Shown in pieces: positions 8,726 through 18,123 of a stretch of 64,000 nt of DNA. A program made the translations under genes and the position numbers. This DNA comes from Alphaproteobacteria bacterium (GTDB taxonomy: Bacteria; Pseudomonadota; Alphaproteobacteria; Rs-D84): NCBI GenBank assembly GCA_017443235.1, contig JAFSOV010000016.1, positions 9,525 to 73,524 of the forward strand. Reading direction: 5' to 3'. Every line of letters begins with the position of its first letter. Position 1 is the stretch's first letter. The notes beneath the pieces were generated by a model. That model searched no databases. It saw only the letters and a program-made list of their open reading frames with translations, and was not told where the DNA came from.

Positions 8726-10267
8726 CTAATTCATATCGTCGGGTATTTCGTTCAGGTCGATAGGCATTGCATCATTGGTTTGCGGTACGGGTGCGCCTTC
8801 TTCGGCAAATTGGATGCCACCACGGTTCGCCATATCGTTCAGGTTATCAAACAAACTGAATTCCGGCAAGAACGCCAATTTAATGGTATCTGTTTTTCCG
8901 TGGCGGTTTTTGCCGATAATGACATCGGCTTTGCCTTTGGATTTTTCCATACGATTTTGCCACGAATCAACAGACCTTTCATTCGGGGCACCCGAAAGAC
9001 GGTGCGACGGGTCGCGATTCGCCAAATAATATTCTTCACGATACGTGAACATAACAATGTCCGCGTCTTGTTCAATAGAACCGGATTCACGCAAATCCGA
9101 CAATTGCGGGCGTTTATCATCACGCATTTCAACACTGCGCGATAACTGCGACAGGGCGATAACCGGAACCTCAAATTCCTTGGCCAACATTTTAAGGGCG
9201 CGCGTTATTTCGGACAGTTCTTGGACACGATTATCTTTGTTTTTCCCGCCCGGCGAAGTCAATAATTGCAGGTAATCAATCACAATCAGCGCAATTCCGT
9301 TATATTTGCGCGCCAATCTCCGCACGCGCGTGCGAATCATTGGCACCGACATCCCCGGTGTATCGTCAATGAACAATGGAATACGACTTATCGCATCGGA
9401 AAATTGCGTCATTTTAAGAAAGTCTTCATCGGTCAATGAACCTTCGCGCATCGCACTGGACGGGATGCGTGATTGCGAAGACAAAACACGTGCCGCCAAT
9501 TCGGATGCACCCATTTCCAGGCTGAAAAACGCGACCGCGCCGGTATACTGCGGGTTGGCGCGGCCCGAAAATATCGCGTTTGCCGCATTGAATGCAATAT
9601 TCATGGCCAATGTCGTTTTACCCATACCCGGACGCCCCGCGATAATCAACAGGTTTGATTTGTGCATACCACTTATTGCGGAATCTAAATCGGTCAATCC
9701 CGTTGTCAATCCGGACAATTTGCCGTCCGCCTTGTATGCGATTTCGGCCTCAACCAGTGCGCTTTTTAACGCGTTGGCAATCGGTGTGACATCACGCCCG
9801 GAATCACCACTTGTCGCCATATTGAACAGCATTTGTTCCGCATTTTCGATTTGGGTCGTCACCGGTTTGTCCAAATCTTCGACAAATGCGTCATCGGTTA
9901 TATTTTGTCCAATTTGAATCAGTTCGCGGCGCATCGCATTTTCATGCACGATTCGTCCATATTGTTCAACGTTCACAACCGTTGCGCCCGCGCCCGCCAA
10001 TTGTGTCAAATAATCGATTCCGCCCACAGATTCCAATGTTCCCTGTTGGTCCAGATAGTTTTTAACGGTAATTATGTCGAACGGTATTCCGGCCGCAAAT
10101 TGGCGCATCGCCAAACGATATATTTCTTGGTGGGCGGGATGGGAAAAATCTTCGGCTTTCAAAAATTCGGAAATTTTTTCCAGTGCGCGGTTGTTGATAA
10201 GCACCGCCGCCAAGACGGCCTGTTCGGCCTCCATATTCGTTGGTAAAGTTTTGGGAGTAAAGTCCAT
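8726..10267 (-). CDS. dnaB: DnaB-family replicative DNA helicase
   Basis: A full DnaB N-domain plus the RecA-like domain with Walker A GRPGMGKTT and the SLEMGASELAARVL and IDYLQLL motifs. At 513-515 aa there is no room for an intein. Confidence 0.85.
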   Translation of the reverse strand: MDFTPKTLPTNMEAEQAVLAAVLINNRALEKISEFLKAEDFSHPAHQEIYRLAMRQFAAGIPFDIITVKNYLDQQGTLESVGGIDYLTQLAGAGATVVNVEQYGRIVHENAMRRELIQIGQNITDDAFVEDLDKPVTTQIENAEQMLFNMATSGDSGRDVTPIANALKSALVEAEIAYKADGKLSGLTTGLTDLDSAISGMHKSNLLIIAGRPGMGKTTLAMNIAFNAANAIFSGRANPQYTGAVAFFSLEMGASELAARVLSSQSRIPSSAMREGSLTDEDFLKMTQFSDAISRIPLFIDDTPGMSVPMIRTRVRRLARKYNGIALIVIDYLQLLTSPGGKNKDNRVQELSEITRALKMLAKEFEVPVIALSQLSRSVEMRDDKRPQLSDLRESGSIEQDADIVMFTYREEYYLANRDPSHRLSGAPNERSVDSWQNRMEKSKGKADVIIGKNRHGKTDTIKLAFLPEFSLFDNLNDMANRGGIQFAEEGAPVPQTNDAMPIDLNEIPDDMN

Positions 10268-11111
10268 GTCCAATATACTATATGAAAAAAATGTTTTTTC
10301 AACGCCTTTTTTATGCGGGTATGCCGAATTAAAAATTCCAATACTGGATTCAAGCGGAAATTCGGCATGGCCGGCGGTTTTTCCGCCTGAAAAAATTGCC
10401 CAAATCAGGGATACGGTCGGTGAAAGGCATTTTTCGGCGCAAATGATGCTGGATTATGTGTCGCCTGAAAAAATCCGCCTGGATCCCGGGACAATACATT
10501 TTTATGAAGACGAATTTGACCCACACACCGCCCGCATCGGGGACGATTTAATGTCGGGTGCGGCAATTTATTGGGACCCATCGGGTGGCCGCCGCGGCGC
10601 CGATAACAGTGTTTGTGCATTGATTTATCGTGACGATAAAAATCGCCGCGTCTTTATACACGATATTATCTATGTTGTTGTGCCAGATGAAATAGATTAT
10701 CCATTGGCATATCAATGTGACCGGATTATCGAATTTGTGCGTCACAGCAATATGCACCAAATTGCATTGGAAACAAATGGTCTTGGGGCGGCATTACCCG
10801 AAATTATGCGTGACATCATAAAGCGTAATGGTGGCGGAATAAATCTGCGCCCAATAACAAATTCGCGGCGCAAAGAAGACCGTATATTGGACGCATTGGA
10901 ACCATTAATGTCAACGGGTCGATTGTTCGCCCATCGGCGAATCACCCAAACCCCATTTATTACAGAAATGTTGGCATGGTCGCCATTAGGCGGATGCGAA
11001 CACGATGACGGTTTGGATGCGGTTGCCGGTGCAATTACGTGTCCGCCGGTACCTGTGCGCCCAACCTTTGGTGGTGCGCGGTATATGGCAAACACAGATT
11101 TCAAAATTTAA
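10266..11111 (+). CDS. terminase large subunit, C-terminal nuclease fragment (split gene)
   Basis: It starts exactly at the dnaB start on the other strand. The AIYWDPSGGRRGADNSVCAL...HDIIYVV...ETNGLG...DDGLDA pattern is the RNaseH-like nuclease domain of large terminases. Confidence 0.65.
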   Translation: MSNILYEKNVFSTPFLCGYAELKIPILDSSGNSAWPAVFPPEKIAQIRDTVGERHFSAQMMLDYVSPEKIRLDPGTIHFYEDEFDPHTARIGDDLMSGAAIYWDPSGGRRGADNSVCALIYRDDKNRRVFIHDIIYVVVPDEIDYPLAYQCDRIIEFVRHSNMHQIALETNGLGAALPEIMRDIIKRNGGGINLRPITNSRRKEDRILDALEPLMSTGRLFAHRRITQTPFITEMLAWSPLGGCEHDDGLDAVAGAITCPPVPVRPTFGGARYMANTDFKI

Positions 11112-11132
11112 TACATAACAAAAGGAAAAAAT

Positions 11133-12359
11133 ATGAAATATGATTTACAACAAATGTACAATCGCGCGATAAATATGCGTGAACCTTGGTTGCGTCGTTG
11201 GGCGGATGCGCGCCGTTATACCATGCCATCAACCGATGAAGATTTGGCGACACTGTTTGATGCGACCGCATCGGACGCGGCCGACAATTTGGCGGCGTGT
11301 ATGTATTCGCTGTTGACGCCCCCAGAATCTTTGTGGTTAAACCTTGTTCGTGAAAGCGATGATTCGCCCGACCCAGAAATCGCAACCGCGGCATTGCGTG
11401 CGAATTTGAATGATTCGAATTTTTACACAACGATTCATCAATGCTATATGGATTTAGTGACATTGGGGACGGCGTGCCTGTTTATGGCGGAATCGCCCAT
11501 TGGCACGGCCAGTGCGTTTTCATTTACGGCAATTCCAATTTCTGATATTGCAATTTTACCGGATGCGATATTTCATACAACAACGCTTTCGGCGGCGGAA
11601 ATTTCGCGCCGTTATCCTGAATGGACACCGCCACGCGATATAATGAAAAAAATGCAGCAAGATGCGGAATACAGACTTCGCCTGGTCCAATCTTTGGTGG
11701 GTACTGAATTTACCGCGTGGATTGACGTTGGCGGCGACTTTGAAAACAACATAGTGTCGCGTGGGACATTCGAAACGAATCCTTATTTGATTTTCCGTTG
11801 GTCGGTGGCCAGTGGTGAATTATACGGTCGTGGCCCGATTTTGCGCGCTTTGCCGGACATCAAAACCGCAAACAAAGTTGTCGAATTGGTTTTGAAAAAT
11901 GCAACAATCGCGGTCAGTGGCATATGGCAGGCCGATGATGACGGCGTCATAAACCTTGGCAATATCAATTTAACACCGGGTGCGATAATACCAAAAGCCG
12001 TGGGCAGTTCGGGCCTGACGCCACTTGCGTCGGGTGCAAATTTTGATGTGTCGCAAATTATTTTGAAAGATTTGCGCGAACGTATCCGGCACACTTTATT
12101 GGCGGACAGAATCGGTTTGTTATCTGAAAAAGAAATGACCGCAACAGAAATCTTGGCGCGCAATGCGGATATGCTGCGCATTTTGGGTGCGACATATGGG
12201 CGTCTGTTGCATGAATTTATACGGCCACTGTGCGACCGCGGATTGCAAATATTGGCACGGCGGGGCGTGATTGACAAGATATCATTGCACGGTGATGCAG
12301 AATTGAAATACATCGCGCCCATCGCGCAAATGGTTGCAGAAAATAATACAATAATTTAG
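11133..12359 (+). CDS. head-tail connector (portal) protein, T7 gp8-like
   Basis: ELYGRGPILRALPDIK and TATEILARNADMLRILGATYGRLLHEFIRPLCDRGLQILARRG parallel the T7 gp8 central and C-terminal regions. Confidence 0.6.
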   Translation: MKYDLQQMYNRAINMREPWLRRWADARRYTMPSTDEDLATLFDATASDAADNLAACMYSLLTPPESLWLNLVRESDDSPDPEIATAALRANLNDSNFYTTIHQCYMDLVTLGTACLFMAESPIGTASAFSFTAIPISDIAILPDAIFHTTTLSAAEISRRYPEWTPPRDIMKKMQQDAEYRLRLVQSLVGTEFTAWIDVGGDFENNIVSRGTFETNPYLIFRWSVASGELYGRGPILRALPDIKTANKVVELVLKNATIAVSGIWQADDDGVINLGNINLTPGAIIPKAVGSSGLTPLASGANFDVSQIILKDLRERIRHTLLADRIGLLSEKEMTATEILARNADMLRILGATYGRLLHEFIRPLCDRGLQILARRGVIDKISLHGDAELKYIAPIAQMVAENNTII

Positions 12360-12370
12360 TGGTGATAAAT

Positions 12371-12577
12371 ATGGAACGTATAGAAATCGCATATGCGCGC
12401 ACGTTCGGCGGCGCATCGGGTGCGGTCGTTTTGGAACATCTGCGCAAGATTACGATTGAACGGTCGTTGGGACCAAATGCGTCTGAATCAGAACTGCGCA
12501 GTATCGAAGCCCAACGTGCATTGGTTCATAAAATAGAACAATTGGTATTACGGGGGCGTGAAAATGCAAAAACATAA
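12371..12577 (+). CDS. small phage-associated protein
   Basis: A 68-aa ORF overlapping the next ORF. It belongs to the module by context. Confidence 0.3.
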   Translation: MERIEIAYARTFGGASGAVVLEHLRKITIERSLGPNASESELRSIEAQRALVHKIEQLVLRGRENAKT

Positions 12578-12821
12578 TGGACTGGCAAATATAATTGATA
12601 CACTGCGCAGTGGATGGTTTTTAATTGCGTTTATTGGTGGTATGATTTATTGGGTCGCGCGCCAAGATAATGCATTGGTGGAACTGGACCGATTGACGGT
12701 TCGTATGACAACACTGGAAAATCGCACAACGGTGTTGGAAACCGGAATAGGCCAATTACAATTAAAAATAGACGGCATCAAAGAAGACGTCACTTTGATA
12801 AAAACTGCGGTTATAAAGTAA
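12558..12821 (+). CDS. small membrane/coiled-coil protein (phage module end)
   Basis: An 87-aa protein with an N-terminal TM helix and a coiled coil. It is followed by a strong terminator. Confidence 0.3.
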   Translation: MKMQKHNGLANIIDTLRSGWFLIAFIGGMIYWVARQDNALVELDRLTVRMTTLENRTTVLETGIGQLQLKIDGIKEDVTLIKTAVIK

Positions 12822-12827
12822 AAGAAA

Positions 12828-12866
12828 ATCCCGCGCATTTATGTGTGCGGGATAATTTTTGTTTTT
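12828..12866. terminator. bidirectional rho-independent terminator
   Basis: atcccgcgcatttatgtgtgcgggat followed by aatttttgttttt. Confidence 0.65.
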
Positions 12867-13014
12867 AGCAACCACCGGTCGCGGCGCCAATCCATTTAGA
12901 AACAGAAATATCTTTGTGTAACAAGAAATGATATTCGCAATTTCCAGATTTATATGCACCTGTGCAGGCGGCCAAAGTCAAAACAGCAAACAATGCCAAG
13001 ATAACTTTTTTCAT
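12865..13014 (-). CDS. small cysteine-containing lipoprotein (49 aa; entericidin-like architecture)
   Basis: Not in the ORF track because it is under 60 aa. It translates as MKKVILALFAVLTLAACTGAYKSGNCEYHFLLHKDISVSKWIGAATGGC, with a lipobox LAAC and an AAAGGAGAA RBS. Confidence 0.4.
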   Translation of the reverse strand: MKKVILALFAVLTLAACTGAYKSGNCEYHFLLHKDISVSKWIGAATGGC

Positions 13015-13092
13015 TTGTTCTCCTTTTATGCTTTTAACGCATTTATGATTATATTCATATATTGGGATTTTACAAGTATTTTTTATTGGTTG

Positions 13093-13434
13093 CTAAAATG
13101 CCTGTTTAATCCATTTGATATGAAATCCGTGGATTATTATTACGTCGAAACGTGCATCGCCCATCCACCGTTTTTGCAACAGGTATGTTTCCGCCGCCGC
13201 GCGCAGACGCTTTATTTGTGTCCATGTAATTGCATCAAATCCCGCCGATATGGTTTTGCGTTTTTTGACCTCAACAAAAATAATTAAATTTCCGCGTTTG
13301 GCAATTATATCTATCTCGGCGCGGCCCGTGTGGCGCCCCGTTGTGTATCGCCGCCGGACAATTCGAAACCCGTGCAGCATTAAATATGCGCACGCAACGA
13401 TTTCTGCAAAAATCCCGATTTTATAAGAATCCAT
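13093..13434 (-). CDS. yraN: YraN-family (UPF0102) endonuclease
   Basis: KIGIFAEIVACAYLMLHGFRIV...EIDIIAKRGNLIIFVEVKKR are typical YraN motifs. Confidence 0.75.
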   Translation of the reverse strand: MDSYKIGIFAEIVACAYLMLHGFRIVRRRYTTGRHTGRAEIDIIAKRGNLIIFVEVKKRKTISAGFDAITWTQIKRLRAAAETYLLQKRWMGDARFDVIIIHGFHIKWIKQAF

Positions 13435-13440
13435 TTTTTA

Positions 13441-14262
13441 TCAAAACGCATAAGATTTTGCCGCAAAATTATCGGTCGCACTTTGCATATTTGCCGCGTT
13501 GTCTTCCGTCATACGTCCGCAATCAACCAATTCCAATTCGCCGTAATATGCGGTCATCATCGGGTCATATGCGTTGTCCGAACTGACCCATTTGTCGGTG
13601 CCTGAATTTGGATTCCCGTATTTGTCCAATACGTTTTGCCACCAAGACCAAATTTTCTTGTCGCGTTGGTTTGCAAATTTTTCTGCATCGCCTTCGATTT
13701 CATCAACATCGTTTTTATAAACAATTTTCCATACGACGTTGTCGGTGGCGTTGCTGGTAAAATAAACGTCAATTGTTTCACCGGTCACATTCCGTACCAA
13801 ATGCAATTCGGCCGCATACAAAACACCACGATTCCGCGCCAAAGAATTTATACACGCATTTAATTTTGCGGGTACATAAACCCCACTGCGCCGGCATTCA
13901 TAATCCAGGTTATATTTCCAATCTGGATGCATAGAATAAACAACACTGTCCTTTGGGCGATTTGTGTACAGCCCATTTTCGCGTGCGACCAATTGGGCCT
14001 CGTCAAAATTCATACCCAACATTATACCCGCGATATCAAACCCGGAAACCGCGGTGGGCCCATCGCCGGTGTTTATCGATACGGCGTCCATACGGCACGC
14101 GGCATCGGTATAATCATTTGTTTCAATCGCATATTCATCAAAATTGTCGTATTCATCTGTTTCGGGAAATTCTTCATAATTAAATACATCGTCATCCGGT
14201 GCAAACGCCGGATTTGCCAAGGCACAGCATATAACACACAATAATATCCACAAACGTTTCAT
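13441..14262 (-). CDS. secreted acidic hypothetical protein
   Basis: A signal peptide MKRLWILLCVICCALANPAFA. I see no recognisable domain. Confidence 0.5.
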   Translation of the reverse strand: MKRLWILLCVICCALANPAFAPDDDVFNYEEFPETDEYDNFDEYAIETNDYTDAACRMDAVSINTGDGPTAVSGFDIAGIMLGMNFDEAQLVARENGLYTNRPKDSVVYSMHPDWKYNLDYECRRSGVYVPAKLNACINSLARNRGVLYAAELHLVRNVTGETIDVYFTSNATDNVVWKIVYKNDVDEIEGDAEKFANQRDKKIWSWWQNVLDKYGNPNSGTDKWVSSDNAYDPMMTAYYGELELVDCGRMTEDNAANMQSATDNFAAKSYAF

Positions 14263-14267
14263 ATCAT

Positions 14268-14921
14268 CTATTCCCCATCAAACATTACATCGGTCACGTG
14301 AAATACGAACACCAGTGCCGGGTCAATACCACTTAACAGTGCCTTTTGAACCTCGTCAATGTTGCTGTACAATCGACCAACCGTGCCGGCATCTTGAATT
14401 TTTATGTACATTGTGCCGCGCGTGATTGTTGGGACCGCGTTCATATCATTTGGTTTATACCACGTTTTTAATTCATAATCAACATGCCAATAATTACTGT
14501 CCACCGGTTTGAAAATTTCATTAAAAACACGCACAGTCCTGCGTGCACCGTTCGATGCCAATTCCCGAATTTCCGGCACAAAGTCCCGTTCCCATCCGTT
14601 CATAACGTTTGAATTTGACATTTGTCTAATAATTGCGGTGTTTCCGCGTGTACGCTGGGCAACATTTTCAACGTCCGGGATAACATAGAAATATTCCGTG
14701 ACAAATTTTTGAATCAACCAATTGCGCATCTTGCTTTCACCCACCTCATATGTGGTGCGTGGCATTCCGGTTTGGTTGGTTGCACTTAAACCCGTGCGAA
14801 AGAAATATGGTTCAATGGTTTCTTGATTAATTGTATTATACATTACGCCCGCGATATATATCATCGCGAACACTGCGAATATCGTGGCCAATCCAATAAT
14901 GTATCCAACCAGTTTTTTCAT
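14268..14921 (-). CDS. membrane-anchored periplasmic protein, paralog A (possible NTF2-fold, VirB8/Tim44-like; speculative)
   Basis: One N-terminal TM segment followed by a soluble domain. It shares an ...W..Q.F.TE.F.V... pattern with the next gene. Confidence 0.45.
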   Translation of the reverse strand: MKKLVGYIIGLATIFAVFAMIYIAGVMYNTINQETIEPYFFRTGLSATNQTGMPRTTYEVGESKMRNWLIQKFVTEYFYVIPDVENVAQRTRGNTAIIRQMSNSNVMNGWERDFVPEIRELASNGARRTVRVFNEIFKPVDSNYWHVDYELKTWYKPNDMNAVPTITRGTMYIKIQDAGTVGRLYSNIDEVQKALLSGIDPALVFVFHVTDVMFDGE

Positions 14922-14922
14922 A

Positions 14923-15657
14923 TTATTCCCTGTATGCATTGAACCCCGCTATATAGTATCCCAAGGTTTGCGGATAACGTGATGCGTCATATGCAACCTT
15001 GACATACGCAATGATATCAAAATTTCCGTTTGTGTTGGAATAAACCCGCCCCCGTGCAACCCACGTGCCGCCGTTTTGCGTTATCGTGCCACCGGGAAAT
15101 ACGGTGATTTTATTTGGGTCAATATACAACCGCTCGCCGGCCGATTCGTATGCACGGTATTGCGGTAATACATCTGTCACAAACTTTTGATACATACTTT
15201 CCCCAGAAACGCAATATATATCACACCCGCCAACACTTGCAAAAGTATTCGGTACGCGCCGCGTGCATTCAGTTTCACGGTTGCAACGTTCCCAATTTCG
15301 CGCATTTTTTTCTGTATTGCCGGTCACGGTGAACCATTTTTCGGTAAATATGCCAACCAATGCACGCTGCACAGATTGATAATACGGAATATTTTTTTCA
15401 CCCCTTGGCCGACCAATCAATTGCCATTCGCCGCGCGCACTGTCCACATAAATCACAAAAGGATTAATTGTTTGATTGCGCCGCATCCACGGCAACGCAA
15501 CACAGGCACAAATAATAACAATGAATGCGATAGCAGACCATATTCCCATCGTCCGGGAAACGGCAACCCGCTTTCCCGCCGGAAAGGCCGACGTGTCAAA
15601 ATCGTCTGGGTAATCCAATGCTCTCTCCTTGGGCGTGTATGGTGCGCCGTTATGCAC
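14923..15657 (-). CDS. membrane-anchored periplasmic protein, paralog B
   Basis: A TM segment IWSAIAFIVIICACVALPW followed by a soluble domain. It is co-oriented and tightly packed downstream of bamA. Confidence 0.45.
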   Translation of the reverse strand: MHNGAPYTPKERALDYPDDFDTSAFPAGKRVAVSRTMGIWSAIAFIVIICACVALPWMRRNQTINPFVIYVDSARGEWQLIGRPRGEKNIPYYQSVQRALVGIFTEKWFTVTGNTEKNARNWERCNRETECTRRVPNTFASVGGCDIYCVSGESMYQKFVTDVLPQYRAYESAGERLYIDPNKITVFPGGTITQNGGTWVARGRVYSNTNGNFDIIAYVKVAYDASRYPQTLGYYIAGFNAYRE

Positions 15658-15796
15658 GATATACCATAATGCATGCGCACGGACTAAGTTTTAATTCATT
15701 TGTGTCGTAACCAACACCAACCGGTTCGCGGTCGTAAATCTGGCCACAACCCGCCAATGCCAATCCAACAAACAATCCAATAATAATTTTTTTCAT
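15650..15796 (-). CDS. small lipoprotein (48 aa)
   Basis: MKKIIIGLFVGLALAGCGQ lipobox with a GGGGGAAAGGA RBS. It lies directly downstream of bamA. Confidence 0.4.
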   Translation of the reverse strand: MKKIIIGLFVGLALAGCGQIYDREPVGVGYDTNELKLSPCACIMVYRA

Positions 15797-15864
15797 ATCC
15801 TTTCCCCCATGTTTATTTCGATTATAAGAAAATTTTGCACAACGGGTCAAGTGCAAATAATACA

Positions 15865-18123
15865 CTAAAACTGGGTTTCAAATGATAACAGGAAACGCCG
15901 TTCACGGTCATGTTTGCCCATCTTTAATGGCCAACCCCAACTGAAATTCATTGGGCCCATTGGCGTGTTCCAATAAATACCGAACCCGGCGGATGTGCGA
16001 ATACCGCTGTCGATATAATTGGGTCGCCCAAGGTACGTGTCTTCACGGGATGGCGGTTTGCCCAAAACACCATAGTCCGCAAACACAAAACCCTTTATCT
16101 GGTATTCATCGGGAATAAATATCGGGAAATTTAATTGGGTTGAACCGTTGACCTTCCACATACCACCAAGTGCATAGGAATTATAGTACCAATTACGACT
16201 GCCTATGCCGGCAATTTCAAACCCGCGCATTGATTCGCCGCCCAAGAAATACCGATACACACGCGGGACATAATCATCACCAATCGATTGAATATATCCA
16301 AAATCCAGTGATGTTTTTAATTGCCACCGGTCATCCAAGAATTTCACCATTGCGGTTGCATCCGCACTGTATCGCATAAATGTTTCGGTGCCACCGAATC
16401 CAGTGTACGCCACACCCAAATTCCCGACCAAACCGGTATGGGTATTTTGTTCAAAATTCGTATCCAGGTTATAGTACTTCAAATATGTTCCCAATGTGTA
16501 CAGGCGCGCATTTTGCCATCCACCAATTTGTAAATCATAGTTTTGATCAAAAGATGCCGACAAACGCAGGGTCTGGGACCAATGGTCGGTCAATTGCCAC
16601 CCAAGCCGCCCCGCAATGGTAAGTGAATCGCGGTCATAACCAAATCCACCCAAATGTTTATAGTTATACATTGTGTATGAAACATCAAACCCGGCGGACA
16701 ACGCACGCCCAAACAGGAACGGTTCGGTAAAACTGAATAATGCCTGTTTTTGATATTGTGCGATGGAACCACGCAATTGCACCGTTTGGCCACGTCCCAT
16801 AAAATTATTTTCTGTGATACCGGCATCCAACATAAATCCGTTTATATTTGACCAACCAAAACCGCCCGACAATTCGCCGGTGGGTTGTTCTTCAACCTTG
16901 ATATCCAAATTCATCATATTGGCATCGGCGATGCGACTTGGTACCATTTGCACATCTTTGAAATAACGTGTCCGCATCAAACGTTGGCGTCCCTGTTCAA
17001 TTGTTTGTAAAGAAAATGGGTCGCCCGCGCGCATAGGAATCAATTGATTTATCACCGAATCAAACGTCCGTACATTTCCCAAAATGTTTATAGAATTCAA
17101 ATAAATTCTGTTTGTTTTTTGAATTTTGAAATCTAAATCTATGGTGCGCGCATCATCATTTTTTGTTGGCACTGGTTCAACATTTATAAACGCGTACCCA
17201 TAATCTGCAACCGCACCACGCAGGGCCGAAATACTGGATTCCACTTTATCAACATTATATGTATCGCCATTGGAAATGGTCAACGCATCATATAAAACAT
17301 CATCCGGCACATCGTCAAACGGATTATCAATACTCAATTTTCCAATTTTGTATTTTGGGCCTTCTTCAACATTAAATACCACAGAATAATACTCGCGGTC
17401 GGGTGTAAAAGTTCCCTTGGCATTTTTTACCTGGAAATCGACATAACCATTACGCAGGTAAAATTGGCGCAACATTTGTTGGTCGTATAATATACGATCT
17501 TCATCGTACACGTCAAATTGTGACATAAAACGCCACCATGCGTGTTCGCGTGACAATATTTCACCGCGCAGTGTTCGTGAACTGAATTTTTCATTGCCTT
17601 CGAAATCAATGTCACGAATATATGTCGGGTGACCTTCGGTAATTTCATAAACAACATTCACACGATTATCATCCAACGATATTTTCTTGGGTTCGATTTT
17701 CGTCCCGAAAAAGCCCTTGCGTTGATATACGGTCAACATCCGTCCAACATCAGCGCCAATCACAGATTGATCAAATGCAGAACGCTCTTTTAATTTTATC
17801 TCTTTTTTCAAATCATCGGTTGAAACCTCGTCATTACCTTCGACCGTCACCATATTCACAATTGGTGCCTCGGTAATATTTATTTTCATTACGTTTCCAT
17901 TCATTTGAACCGAAACATTTGAAAAATATCCGCTTTCTTGTAATTGCTTGGCAATTTTGTTTGTGCGTTCGGTCGTGATGTTTTCGCCAATTTTGACATC
18001 GGCCAATATTCGCACAGATTCCGCATCCATACGATTGTTGCCCACCACATCAACGCGCGAAAGCGTCGCCGCGCCCGCGGGCAATGCAAAAATCATCAAA
18101 AACAGGAACAAATATTTCTTCAT
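15865..18123 (-). CDS. bamA: outer membrane protein assembly factor BamA (Omp85)
   Basis: A signal peptide, POTRA repeats, and a C-terminal barrel ending ...LLSFETQF. Confidence 0.9.
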   Translation of the reverse strand: MKKYLFLFLMIFALPAGAATLSRVDVVGNNRMDAESVRILADVKIGENITTERTNKIAKQLQESGYFSNVSVQMNGNVMKINITEAPIVNMVTVEGNDEVSTDDLKKEIKLKERSAFDQSVIGADVGRMLTVYQRKGFFGTKIEPKKISLDDNRVNVVYEITEGHPTYIRDIDFEGNEKFSSRTLRGEILSREHAWWRFMSQFDVYDEDRILYDQQMLRQFYLRNGYVDFQVKNAKGTFTPDREYYSVVFNVEEGPKYKIGKLSIDNPFDDVPDDVLYDALTISNGDTYNVDKVESSISALRGAVADYGYAFINVEPVPTKNDDARTIDLDFKIQKTNRIYLNSINILGNVRTFDSVINQLIPMRAGDPFSLQTIEQGRQRLMRTRYFKDVQMVPSRIADANMMNLDIKVEEQPTGELSGGFGWSNINGFMLDAGITENNFMGRGQTVQLRGSIAQYQKQALFSFTEPFLFGRALSAGFDVSYTMYNYKHLGGFGYDRDSLTIAGRLGWQLTDHWSQTLRLSASFDQNYDLQIGGWQNARLYTLGTYLKYYNLDTNFEQNTHTGLVGNLGVAYTGFGGTETFMRYSADATAMVKFLDDRWQLKTSLDFGYIQSIGDDYVPRVYRYFLGGESMRGFEIAGIGSRNWYYNSYALGGMWKVNGSTQLNFPIFIPDEYQIKGFVFADYGVLGKPPSREDTYLGRPNYIDSGIRTSAGFGIYWNTPMGPMNFSWGWPLKMGKHDRERRFLLSFETQF

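Noticed and set aside
9306-10246. Plus-strand ORFs of 203 aa and 137 aa
   Set aside because: They are antisense to dnaB.
8726-10273. An intein inside DnaB (DnaB is a classic intein host)
   Set aside because: The protein is only about 513-515 aa, and the helicase motifs are contiguous with no inserted block between Walker A and the C-terminal motifs. There is no room for a roughly 300-450-aa intein.
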